From NCBI GenBank assembly GCA_002422365.1, contig DIUO01000010.1, positions 2,739-66,738 on the forward strand: a stretch of 64,000 bases of DNA, read 5' to 3'. The stretch is from Proteobacteria bacterium UBA6156 (GTDB lineage: Bacteria; Pseudomonadota; Alphaproteobacteria; UBA2136; UBA6156). The translations under genes were made by a program, and so were the position numbers. This document shows positions 46,778 through 55,051 of this stretch, piece by piece (within the stretch, counting starts at the first letter, position 1; every line of letters begins with the position of its first letter). The notes beneath the pieces were generated by a model, which was not told the DNA's origin, did not search any database, and saw only the letters and a list, made by a program, of their open reading frames with translations.

Positions 46778-47293
46778 CTAAGCCTCATACCCCATACCTG
46801 CCAGCCTGACGCTGATGAGGTACGTCTTCCATTGCACGGAATACGTCATCAGCATGTTCCAGGCGCCCTGGGTGTCAAACCACTGCTGCGGCACCCCAAA
46901 AATCGGTTCAGGGGTATGTAGGCGCCTCGGACCAACCTCCTGGACGATCACGTCCATGTCTGCCGGAGACACACTCACGGTGTCGAAGGGATCGCCGCCG
47001 ATAAAAGACGCCATGGTGCCGCCAGACTGCGTGCCGGGCAAGACGCACTCAATGCCGTCATACCAGACCGCCTCGTGGCAACCCACGTTGGGCAGCAACG
47101 CCCGCATAATCTCGTCTTGCGACGGCAAAAATGCATGCCGCCGCAGAAAGATACCGTCGACATTGCTGCCGACCCGCTGGGCCATAACGCGGGCCGAAGG
47201 CTCCAGCCGGGCCGACTTTGCGGCCCACAGGTCGCTTGCACCCAGTCCGAAGATGTGCAGAGTCATGAGAAATACGCGAATGTACCTTTCCAT
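46778..47293 (-). CDS. hypothetical secreted protein
   Basis: ATG at 47293 with AAGGGGA RBS. Signal-like MERYIRVFLMTLHIFGLGASDLWA. Confidence 0.5.
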   Translation of the reverse strand: MERYIRVFLMTLHIFGLGASDLWAAKSARLEPSARVMAQRVGSNVDGIFLRRHAFLPSQDEIMRALLPNVGCHEAVWYDGIECVLPGTQSGGTMASFIGGDPFDTVSVSPADMDVIVQEVGPRRLHTPEPIFGVPQQWFDTQGAWNMLMTYSVQWKTYLISVRLAGMGYEA

Positions 47294-47587
47294 TTGAGAT
47301 CCCCTTATCTGGAAAGAAGAAAGAGAGTTCAAGAAAAACGCAACTTACAAGCAGATGACCCATCTCACACCCAAACGCGCCCACCGGCAATACAATTCAT
47401 ACGTATAAACCACATTTTTCCCTTTACAGCCGTCATATTCCTATCTATAAGGCGCACAACCCCGGATGGCGAAGGGGCTGGTCACCGCACCGATATTCCC
47501 CCTGCGGCCCGTGCGCCCAACCTGAAAAGGTTGTTGTATTACGTCAAGTAATTGTCGTAATACCTTCATAGTATTAAAGGTACTACA

Positions 47588-48046
47588 ATGAACATCACCC
47601 ACAGCATCAAGGCGAGCGACGCCAAGCACGAGTGGTTCGTGGTCGACGCCAACGGCATCCCGCTGGGCCGCCTTGCCACCACCATCGCTCTGCGCCTGCG
47701 CGGCAAGCACAAGCCTAACTACACTCCCCATGTCGACAACGGCGACCATATCGTTGTTATCAATGCCGAGAAAGTGAAGCTCACCGGCAACAAAGCCCGC
47801 AACATGGAATTTCACTACCACACCGGTTACGTGGGCGGCCTCAAAACCATCATCGCCGGAGACGAACTGGCCGGCAAACACCCCGAGCGCGTCATTCAGC
47901 GCGCCGTGGAGCGTATGATGCCCAAGGACAGCCCGCTCTCCCGCCAAATGTTCACCAAGCTGCATGTTTACAAGGGTGAAGCCCACCCCCACAGCGGCCA
48001 GCAACCGCAAGAGCTCAAACTGGGCGCCAAAGAAGGGGTACGCTAA
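47588..48046 (+). CDS. rplM: 50S ribosomal protein L13
   Basis: [38 protein letters not shown] is canonical L13. Confidence 0.97.
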   Translation: MNITHSIKASDAKHEWFVVDANGIPLGRLATTIALRLRGKHKPNYTPHVDNGDHIVVINAEKVKLTGNKARNMEFHYHTGYVGGLKTIIAGDELAGKHPERVIQRAVERMMPKDSPLSRQMFTKLHVYKGEAHPHSGQQPQELKLGAKEGVR

Positions 48047-48471
48047 TGTCTATCGCCGCGAATATCGAAGCCGCCAACAAAAAGGCAGGCAAGTTCTACG
48101 CCACCGGCAAACGCAAAACCTCGGTTGCCCGTGTGTGGGTTACCAAGGGCACCGGTACCATCACCATCAACGGCCGCACGCTGGAAGACTACTTCGGCCG
48201 CCCCGTGCTGCAGATGATTGCCAACCAGCCGTTCTTCGCCATCGACATGGCCGGTAAGTTCAACGTGGTGGCCCGCTGCCACGGCGGCGGTCTCTCCGGC
48301 CAGGCCGGTGCGCTGCGCCACGGCATCGCTAAGGCGCTGAACGACTACGACGCCGCCAACCGCCCGGCACTGAAGAAGCTCGGCTACCTCACGCGCGACT
48401 CCCGCGTGGTGGAAAGCAAAAAGTACGGCAAGCACAAAGCCCGCCGTTCCACCCAGTTCAGCAAGCGCTAA
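48046..48471 (+). CDS. rpsI: 30S ribosomal protein S9
   Basis: TAATG overlap with rpl[20 protein letters not shown]..., and the C-terminus ends in [11 protein letters not shown]. Confidence 0.97.
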   Translation: MSIAANIEAANKKAGKFYATGKRKTSVARVWVTKGTGTITINGRTLEDYFGRPVLQMIANQPFFAIDMAGKFNVVARCHGGGLSGQAGALRHGIAKALNDYDAANRPALKKLGYLTRDSRVVESKKYGKHKARRSTQFSKR

Positions 48472-48487
48472 GCCTGCTGCAACACAA

Positions 48488-48521
48488 CCACAAGCGCCCC
48501 AACCGGGGCGCTTGTGGTTTT
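48488..48521 (+). terminator. Rho-independent terminator of rplM-rpsI
   Basis: 13-bp perfect stem CCACAAGCGCCCC-AACC-GGGGCGCTTGTGG followed by TTTT. Confidence 0.85.
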
Positions 48522-48564
48522 AGCGTCAACAAAAAAACCGCCCCATCACAGGGCGGGCCGTCGT

Positions 48565-49020
48565 TCATCCTACGAGAAGGGTTCTATGCTCCAGCATAAG
48601 ATAGGCCTGCCCCGGCCGCCAGTAGGCAAGAACACGGGTTCCAAGCTTGCGGCCCAAGGTCTGGCCGTAGGCAAACTGGAAGGTAAGCCTTGCCTCGTCG
48701 TTATCCAGCCGAAGCAGCGCATCAGGGACCGTCACCCGATGGGAAAACACCGACGTTTCAACCGCCAACCCGGTGCAGATATCCCGGATATCCAGGGCGG
48801 TTGCCGCCGCCACACCGGCTTCCCAGGCCAGCAACCTGGCTTGAGAGGTTTTCAGACGCGCATCAGCCTCCTTCGAAGGCAGAAGCCGGGCCACCCACCA
48901 GTCAAACTGGTACTGCTGGTGTAAGCTGAGTGCGCGATTCAAACCTAATCGCAGGTACAAAAGAACGCTTACACCCAACGCAAGCATAGTTGCCAATACG
49001 GCCAGTATAAATTCAACCAT
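48565..49020 (-). CDS. hypothetical membrane-anchored protein
   Basis: ATG at 49020 with GAGGAACA RBS. N-terminal TM segment MVEFILAVLATMLALGVSVLLYL. Confidence 0.5.
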   Translation of the reverse strand: MVEFILAVLATMLALGVSVLLYLRLGLNRALSLHQQYQFDWWVARLLPSKEADARLKTSQARLLAWEAGVAAATALDIRDICTGLAVETSVFSHRVTVPDALLRLDNDEARLTFQFAYGQTLGRKLGTRVLAYWRPGQAYLMLEHRTLLVG

Positions 49021-49167
49021 TGTTCCTCGGCTTTCGCCGCTCCCTAAAAGAGAAAAATTGTACAAGCCGAACGGCTTCAACACATAAGTATACTAAAAAC
49101 TCTTACCGTCAAACAAAAAGTAGCCGCCCCAAAAAGGGCGGCTCATCGTCAGGGCAGGGGGGTGGTG

Positions 49168-49611
49168 CTACCACCAGAGAGACATCTCAGCGCGTTGGTC
49201 GGTGCACTTCCATACCGAAGGATGGATAGGCACTCTCTTCACCTCCTCGCAGCGCTGGGCAAGGGCGGTGGCGAACGCCTCCCAGTAGAGCTCGGCGTGC
49301 TCGGCGTGCAGCTCGCGCGGCACCGAAACAACGAATGTCAGGTACCCATCGGGCTTCGTCAGAGCAGCATCCAACGCAGGAATGTCCTCAAAGTGGAACT
49401 TTGCGACATCAGAGGTTGCTTGCCGCATCACGTCGAGAGCTTTCTCGCTCACCTGCGAAGCTTTTTTGAGCTTGCCGAGCGACGTGAATCTCTCATAGCC
49501 CCAGTGCTGCAAAGGCTGCGGCAATTTGCCGAAAGCCCAAGCGGTGCCACCGCATACCAGCAGCAGCAGAAGTGCAAAAACCGTCATTTCAGGCATGATT
49601 TTACGGCCCAT
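49168..49611 (-). CDS. hypothetical secreted protein
   Basis: GGGAGA RBS upstream of the ATG at 49611. Signal-like MTVFALLLLLVCGGTAWA. Confidence 0.5.
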   Translation of the reverse strand: MGRKIMPEMTVFALLLLLVCGGTAWAFGKLPQPLQHWGYERFTSLGKLKKASQVSEKALDVMRQATSDVAKFHFEDIPALDAALTKPDGYLTFVVSVPRELHAEHAELYWEAFATALAQRCEEVKRVPIHPSVWKCTDQRAEMSLWW

Positions 49612-49656
49612 GGCCGTCTCCCTAAGTGGTGAATTTGGCTCACGCGAAAACGAAGA

Positions 49657-49800
49657 CTAAGACCCACTCACCGGCGCCACCGGCGCCGAACTCTGCAGCT
49701 CGATGCTGCTCTGCCCAGACTGTAAAGCCGAAAGCACCACTATCAAGAACGCCAAGCCGACAAGCGACTTCGCGCAGATTCTCCAGACCGAATTATCCAT
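49657..49800 (-). CDS. possible small secreted/membrane peptide (47 aa)
   Basis: Hand translation gives MDNSVWRICAKSLVGLAFLIVVLSALQSGQSSIELQSSAPVAPVSGS. Only a weak AAGGA lies upstream. Below the ORF-track length cutoff. Confidence 0.3.
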   Translation of the reverse strand: MDNSVWRICAKSLVGLAFLIVVLSALQSGQSSIELQSSAPVAPVSGS

Positions 49801-49953
49801 GGTATGAGCGGTCCTTGGCCGCTAAAGAAACGTAAGGGAAAACTCAAGTGACGCCCACCCTACGCCCGAAAATCGAGTAAGGCAATCGTAAGAAACGAAT
49901 ATTTTTGACGCTCAGCTTCGCTTTGAACCAATTAACCCACACCCCATAAACAC

Positions 49954-49988
49954 AAAAAAAGGAGAGGGCAGCCACCGCCGCCCTCCCA
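49954..49988 (-). terminator. Rho-independent terminator (minus strand) after the small ORF at 50002-50133
   Basis: The minus strand reads GGGAGGGC-GGCGGTGGCT-GCCCTCTCC followed by TTTTTTT. Confidence 0.6.
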
Positions 49989-50001
49989 CCATCTTTCAGC
50001 C

Positions 50002-50133
50002 CTACTCACTCTGGGCCAGCAGCTCCGCCGGGGGCAGGGCCACAAACGGGCTTCCCGGAAGCGCCTTCCAGAAAACCCAGCCCGGCCACACCAGCACAGC
50101 CACCAAAAATAAAACAGTCATGAAAGATTTCAT
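50002..50133 (-). CDS. small hydrophobic peptide (43 aa)
   Basis: Hand translation gives MKSFMTVLFLVAVLVWPGWVFWKALPGSPFVALPPAELLAQSE. AGAGGAG RBS 7 nt upstream and an intrinsic terminator 14 nt downstream. Confidence 0.5.
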   Translation of the reverse strand: MKSFMTVLFLVAVLVWPGWVFWKALPGSPFVALPPAELLAQSE

Positions 50134-50324
50134 GCGCCTACTCCTCTAAACCTCCAGCGAGTATTTGCCCAACCATCCTACGCCTCTCACCCAATCCTAC
50201 AACCCCCTTGTCTGTATACCGCTGGCATGGTAAACACGCCTCATGTCACACCCCCACCGCCAAAGCGGCCCCCAGGCGTAATTCCTCATATCCTCACACC
50301 CTATATCCTCATATCCTAGCGTCC

Positions 50325-51101
50325 ATGCCGTCCTATACTGTCCTCCTCATGCGCCAAGACCGCACCGACCTGCGCCCGTTCCGCATGCACATCGGCGTCA
50401 AAATGTTCTGGTTTTTGGTGTTGCTCGCCATCGGCTTGCCCATTGGCGGCTTTTTGCTGTCGGTCGGCATTCTGGCGCCTGCCTGGCTTAAGCTGGATTT
50501 CCAAAGCATGCAGCAGAGCGTCGAAGAAGCCCAACACAGCCTCCAACCTCTCCAGCAACAAAATGCCGAGCTCGCGGCCAAAAAGCAGCAGCTGGAAGAA
50601 CAGCTTCAGCAAACGCGCGAGGCTCACGCCAAAGCCGAAACCGAAATTACCATGGCCCGCACCGCCCGCACCGAGGCCGCCAGCCGCATTGCCGACATGG
50701 AAGGCGAGCTGATAACCCTGAAAAAAAGCCTCGCCAGTTACGAGAAAATGCTCAAACCGAAGCTCGACCGCGAGCTGGTGGAATGTGTCGACTTCACCGC
50801 CACCCTCAACGATGGTGCCGTGGCCTATAAAACCAGCTTCGTCAAAGTCGCGCAGTCGGCCACCATGCCCGCGCGCCTCACCGCCCGCGCGCGCGTATCG
50901 GTAGGAGACAACGCCATGATGATGGAGCAAGGCCATTCCGGCGCTACCGTGGTTAACCACACGCTGGAGATGTCCAAAGCCCCCAACCTTAAAGGCAGCA
51001 TCCCGCTCGGCCAGGCCCAAAGCAGCGGCGCCACCCGCGTGCTAGATATCAAAATCTTCGATGGTTCCCGCGCCGTCGGCTACTGCTGGAAGACATTCTA
51101 A
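50325..51101 (+). CDS. membrane-anchored coiled-coil protein
   Basis: ATG at 50325. TM segment FWFLVLLAIGLPIGGFLLSVGIL, then a long Gln/Glu/Ala coiled coil. The start is uncertain. Confidence 0.55.
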   Translation: MPSYTVLLMRQDRTDLRPFRMHIGVKMFWFLVLLAIGLPIGGFLLSVGILAPAWLKLDFQSMQQSVEEAQHSLQPLQQQNAELAAKKQQLEEQLQQTREAHAKAETEITMARTARTEAASRIADMEGELITLKKSLASYEKMLKPKLDRELVECVDFTATLNDGAVAYKTSFVKVAQSATMPARLTARARVSVGDNAMMMEQGHSGATVVNHTLEMSKAPNLKGSIPLGQAQSSGATRVLDIKIFDGSRAVGYCWKTF

Positions 51102-51115
51102 ACGTAGCCGAAAAA

Positions 51116-51200
51116 GCGCCGATTCCCGGGTTGCGGCGGGGTACGGTTGGGTTACAAATCGCGGGCCCACAGCCCAACCCGGGGTCTCGATGAGACAAGC
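51116..51200 (+). repeat. Family A hairpin element, degenerate copy A8
   Basis: GCGCCGATTCCCGGGTTGCGGCGGGGTACGGTTGGGTTACAAATCGCGGGCCCAC...GGGGTCTCGA. Starts 15 nt after the stop at 51101. Confidence 0.5.
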
Positions 51201-51440
51201 CCCTTTGCAAACCCTCCAACTTCTCCTGCCATCCGTAAGGGCATCGTAACGTGTATTTTCACCCGTTTCGCTTAAGTATCTGTAAGCGCATGCCTAGCTC
51301 CTGTAACATAAAAACCATGCACAGCGTCCCATTCGCCACGGGCGCTTTTCAGGCAGGCTGTTTTCGGCTACTGTGGGCTTTAACAGGGCAGGGGTGCCGC
51401 ATCGGCGGCATGCCTTGCAAATCAAGGAGAATACACAACC

Positions 51441-51941
51441 ATGTTATGGTTTCTGGGCGGTAAAAAGGGCGGCAACAAGGCCGAGAGCGTCTCGCTCGAC
51501 GTCGTCGACCCCCGCGACATCGACGGCCACTGCCTCATCACCGGCAACCTGCAAATCCGTGGCGATGTCTACTTCAGCGGCCAACTGCGTGTCGATGGCC
51601 GCATCGACGGCAAAGTGAGCGTGTTCGAAGGCGGCAAAGGCCAGCTTATCGTCAGCAAAGGCGCCGTCATCAACGGCCCCATTTTCGCCAATACGGTGCT
51701 GGTCGATGGCACCATCAACGGCCCCATGGATGTCGAAGAAAAGCTTGAATGCCGCCCCAACGCCATAATCCGTGGCCGGGTCATCTACGGCAGCATCCAC
51801 ATTTCCGATGGCGCCAAAATCGAGGCCCAGTGCCAGCAACGCACCACCATCAGCCAAACCTCGCAAGCGTCAGAAGAAGCACCCTTCACCACCCCCATCC
51901 TCGCCACGCGCGATGTCACCAGCAAGCTCTCCAACGGCTAA
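51441..51941 (+). CDS. bactofilin (polymer-forming cytoskeletal protein)
   Basis: AAGGAGA RBS. Repetitive beta-helix pattern (GNLQIRGDVYFSGQLRVDGRIDGKV..., VINGPIFANTVLVDGTINGPM). Confidence 0.85.
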   Translation: MLWFLGGKKGGNKAESVSLDVVDPRDIDGHCLITGNLQIRGDVYFSGQLRVDGRIDGKVSVFEGGKGQLIVSKGAVINGPIFANTVLVDGTINGPMDVEEKLECRPNAIIRGRVIYGSIHISDGAKIEAQCQQRTTISQTSQASEEAPFTTPILATRDVTSKLSNG

Positions 51942-51946
51942 CCCCC

Positions 51947-52465
51947 ATGCTGCTGCCTCAAAATTTTCTGCCGTTTAAGGGTGTCACGCCGCAAATCCAC
52001 CCGCAGGCGTGGCTCGCACCCAATTGTACTATTATCGGAGACACCCACATCGGCGCCCACAGCAACGTCTGGTTCGGCGCGGTGGTGAGGGGAGACGTCC
52101 ACCACATCCGCATCGGAGACTACACCAACGTGCAAGACAACGCCGTCATCCACGTCACCACCAACAAATTCCCCACTCTCATCGGCAACCGCGTCACCAT
52201 CGGCCACAGCGCCGTTGTGCATGCCTGTACATTAGAAGACGAATGCCTGGTGGGCATGAACAGCACGGTGCTCGATGGCGCCGTGGTACAAACCCGCAGC
52301 ATGGTCGCCGCTGGCGCCGTGGTGGCACCGGGCAAGGTGGTGGAATCCGGCTGGCTCTGGGCAGGCGTCCCCGCCAAACCGATGCGCAAACTCACCGAAG
52401 ACGAACTCACCTATCTCGCATGGTCGGCCACGCACTACGCCGCTCTCTCCGCACTCTACCGCTAA
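51947..52465 (+). CDS. gamma-class carbonic anhydrase family / hexapeptide-repeat protein
   Basis: ATG at 51947. IHPQAWLAPNCTIIGDTHIG, NVWFGAVVRGDVHHIRIGDYTNVQDN, IGHSAVVHAC. Confidence 0.85.
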   Translation: MLLPQNFLPFKGVTPQIHPQAWLAPNCTIIGDTHIGAHSNVWFGAVVRGDVHHIRIGDYTNVQDNAVIHVTTNKFPTLIGNRVTIGHSAVVHACTLEDECLVGMNSTVLDGAVVQTRSMVAAGAVVAPGKVVESGWLWAGVPAKPMRKLTEDELTYLAWSATHYAALSALYR

Positions 52466-52567
52466 TCATTTTATCTTCAATCACCTCAAACAAGGCCTTA
52501 ACCTATTAAGTTAAGGTGCCTGGGCGCACCAGTGTGTGGCCAATACCCCACAAGTGCCTGTTTATAT

Positions 52568-52586
52568 TGCTTACAAAGTGCTTACA
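52568..52586 (+). promoter_or_regulatory. Direct repeat TGCTTACA-N3-TGCTTACA (11-bp phasing), candidate regulator binding site
   Basis: Exact 8-mers at 52568-52575 and 52579-52586, about 210 nt upstream of the Met-rich protein gene. Confidence 0.3.
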
Positions 52587-52797
52587 TGGCCAAGCGGTTG
52601 TTGACAACACGACCCTTCGCTCCGTAAACCTATCCTTAGGTTTCGTAGGGGCCACGGCTTGGGTGTAAAACCCCGAGGTCGTTAGGTGCAGGCGGCGGCT
52701 GGCAACAGCTGGCTTCCGTCCGGCGAAACCAAATGGCCCCGTAAGCGTTAGCCTACGGCAGGCCCCTGAGATAACAAAGATGAAAAGGATCACTCTA

Positions 52798-53079
52798 ATG
52801 AACAAGGCTCCCTTGATTATCGCCGGTATCGCCGTTTTGGCTGTTGCTGCTTACCTGGTGTACAACAACAACAACGCAACCCCGGTCGAAGAAGCCGCTC
52901 CCGCTCCCATGGAAGCTCCTATGCCGATGGAAGCCCCCATGCCGATGGAAGCACCCGCTCCGATGGACGCTCCCGCCCCGATGGACGCTCCGGCTCCGAT
53001 GGAAGCCCCCATGCCGATGGACGGCGCCGCTCCTGAAGCCGCTCCGGCTCCCGAAGCTGCCCCGGCCGCTGCTCAGTAA
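52798..53079 (+). CDS. membrane-anchored Met/Pro/Ala-rich hexapeptide-repeat protein (candidate Cu(I)/metal-binding)
   Basis: AAGGA sits 8 nt before the ATG at 52798. TM segment LIIAGIAVLAVAAYLVY, then (MEAPMP/MDAPAP) x7. Confidence 0.6.
   Translation: MNKAPLIIAGIAVLAVAAYLVYNNNNATPVEEAAPAPMEAPMPMEAPMPMEAPAPMDAPAPMDAPAPMEAPMPMDGAAPEAAPAPEAAPAAAQ
52909..53034 (+). repeat. 18-bp in-frame tandem repeat x7 (ATGGAAGCNCCNNNNCCG)
   Basis: Units start at 52909, 52927, 52945, 52963, 52981, 52999 and 53017 (the last is degenerate). Confidence 0.85.
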
Positions 53080-53092
53080 GCAGGCCGCTGCC

Positions 53093-53118
53093 AAAAAGCC
53101 CCCACATGGGGGCTTTTT
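53093..53118. terminator. Bidirectional Rho-independent terminator between convergent genes
   Basis: AAAAAGCCCCC-ACAT-GGGGGCTTTTT. An A-tract and a T-tract flank the stem. Confidence 0.8.
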
Positions 53119-53166
53119 GGTGCGGCATCAGCTCACGTTATCGTCAAAATATACCGAGAAACGCCT

Positions 53167-54372
53167 TTAAATCTTCATCACCTGCCGGAACGGGTAAGGC
53201 TTACCCGCCAACCCATGCACCAGCGCGGCACTGCCGGTGGTAATGGCGCGCAGCTTGGTGGTCAGGCCTTCCTGGGCTATCAGCGGCAGCAGCGCTTCGC
53301 CGCCCACCAGGCTAAAGTCGCTGTGCCCGTCCAGGGCTTTCAGCAGGCCGCGCGTGGCGCGTTGCCCCTCGTCGTGCTCCACCACACCCAGGCTGCCCAG
53401 CATCAGCACTTTACTGGCACTGCGGGCTATTTTCGTCCACATCTCCAGCGTGTTGGGGCCAATGTCCACCACACTTTCGTTGCTGCCAATCAGGTGGGTG
53501 GCCACCGGTTTGGCGCCGTCCGCACCTTTCACCCACACATCTTGCGGCAGGTGCAGGCGGCAGCCCACCACACCGGCTTCGGTCAGCAGCTCGCGGGCTT
53601 TGTCCACGTGGGTGGGCGCCAGGCTGCTGCGGCCCATGCCCAGGTCGCGGGCCGCCAAAAAGGTATTGGCCAGCGTGCCCCCCAGCATAATCACATCCAC
53701 GTGCCCCAGCATATGCCGCAGCAGGTCCAGCTTTTCTTCCACCCCGCTGCCACCCAGTATCAATAAAGAGCCTTTCCCCATCGGCATCCCCAACATCCGC
53801 ATGTTGTCCAGTTCCTGTAACATCAGCTCGCCCACTACGGCCTGCGGCATGGCGGCCATCAGGCCGCTGGTGCTGGCGTGGGCCCGGTGGGCGGTGGCAA
53901 AGGCATCGTTCACAAACACATCCGCAAGGCGGCACAACTGCTCCACAAACACGCTCTGGTTCAGCTGTTCACCTAAATGAAACCGCACATTCTCCAGCAT
54001 CACCACATGGCCGGGTTCCAGGCTGTTCATGGCATTTTCGGCCACGCGGCCAATGCAGTCGGGCACATGCGGCACGCTTTGGCCTAACAGCTCGCTTAAA
54101 AGCTCGGCCAGCGGCTGGGTGCTCAGCGCGGGCACCACGCGCCCGCCGGGGCGGCCCCAGTGGGTCAAAATCCCCACCCGCGCGCCATCGCGCAGCAGGC
54201 GCTTCAGGGTCGGTAAAATGGCGCTAATCCTAAACGTATCCAGCGGTATACCCGCCTCATCGCGCAGCACATTCAGGTCTACCCGCAGCAGCACGCGCTT
54301 ACCGCGCAGGTCAAGTCCATTCAGCGTGGGCAAGGGTGCGGTGCTAAGAGTTTGGGCGCTCGATGCAGTCAT
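53167..54372 (-). CDS. pgk: phosphoglycerate kinase
   Basis: ATG at 54372. LDLRGKRVLLRVDLNV, FVNDAFATAHRAHAST and ILGGSGVEEKL motifs. Confidence 0.95.
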   Translation of the reverse strand: MTASSAQTLSTAPLPTLNGLDLRGKRVLLRVDLNVLRDEAGIPLDTFRISAILPTLKRLLRDGARVGILTHWGRPGGRVVPALSTQPLAELLSELLGQSVPHVPDCIGRVAENAMNSLEPGHVVMLENVRFHLGEQLNQSVFVEQLCRLADVFVNDAFATAHRAHASTSGLMAAMPQAVVGELMLQELDNMRMLGMPMGKGSLLILGGSGVEEKLDLLRHMLGHVDVIMLGGTLANTFLAARDLGMGRSSLAPTHVDKARELLTEAGVVGCRLHLPQDVWVKGADGAKPVATHLIGSNESVVDIGPNTLEMWTKIARSASKVLMLGSLGVVEHDEGQRATRGLLKALDGHSDFSLVGGEALLPLIAQEGLTTKLRAITTGSAALVHGLAGKPYPFRQVMKI

Positions 54373-54490
54373 AACGTTCGGTTCTTGTTGCAAGGTGTTG
54401 TCGCACATTTTAACTTAATCGGAAAGCCAAGAGCAAAAGGGGAGGGCACATACCATAAGCACACAGCTTCCCACCAGCCTGCCCGCTCAT

Positions 54491-54733
54491 ATGCCCGACA
54501 CCCGCACCGCCCAGCGCCTGCTCGACGTTCTGGCCACCCTGGAGCAAGCCCTGCGCAGCGGCCGCCACACCACCAGCGCAGCGCAAACGGGGCTGGAAGG
54601 CCGCATGGCAAATCTCGAATTTGAAAACCAGCGCCTCAAATCCACCCGCCAGCAAGCCGCAACGCGCCTAAATGCCCTGCTCGCCCGCCTCTCCGAGCAA
54701 CTGGAAAACCCCACAGAAGACTCGGCGGCATGA
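54491..54733 (+). CDS. small coiled-coil protein upstream of zapA (DUF4164-like)
   Basis: 80 aa. Its stop overlaps the zapA start (ATGA). Position and coiled-coil character match the gene that usually precedes zapA in alphaproteobacteria. Confidence 0.5.
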   Translation: MPDTRTAQRLLDVLATLEQALRSGRHTTSAAQTGLEGRMANLEFENQRLKSTRQQAATRLNALLARLSEQLENPTEDSAA

Positions 54734-55023
54734 GCACCCACATCGACCTCTCCATTGCAGGCCGCACCTACCGGGTGGTCACCGAGCAAGCGGAAGAAAC
54801 CCGCCTCAAAGCCCTGGCCGCCCGGGTCGATGCCATGCTGAACGAACTGAAACAGGCCGACCCGGACATCGACCGCGACCGCCAGCTTATCCTCACCTGC
54901 CTGCAACTCATGGCCGAACTCGCCGATTCCCATAACAAGCTCGACCTCCAAGCCTCCGCCGTCACCCATTTTCACCGCACCCTGGCCGAGCGTCTGGAAA
55001 ATCTCCTCCCCCCGGTTGCATAA
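54730..55023 (+). CDS. zapA: cell division protein ZapA
   Basis: IDLSIAGRTYRVVTEQAEETRLKALAARVD..., 97 aa. Confidence 0.8.
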   Translation: MSTHIDLSIAGRTYRVVTEQAEETRLKALAARVDAMLNELKQADPDIDRDRQLILTCLQLMAELADSHNKLDLQASAVTHFHRTLAERLENLLPPVA

Positions 55024-55051
55024 TCCCCCCCGCCGCCCCATCTAAGGGGGA

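Noticed and set aside
52506-52797. The structured region as RNase P RNA, SRP (4.5S) RNA or tmRNA
   Set aside because: It lacks the universally conserved signatures: no GAGGAAAGTCC for RNase P, no GGAAGCAGCC helix-8 motif for SRP, and no tRNA-like acceptor/T-arm or plausible ...LAA/VAA tag frame for tmRNA. Superficial matches such as GGCTGGCAACAG are too short.
55024-55051. 6S RNA (ssrS) between zapA and the 5-formyl-THF cyclo-ligase gene, as in the conserved zapA-ssrS-ygfA arrangement
   Set aside because: The gap is only 28 nt, far too short for a ~180-nt 6S RNA. No long bulged hairpin lies nearby.
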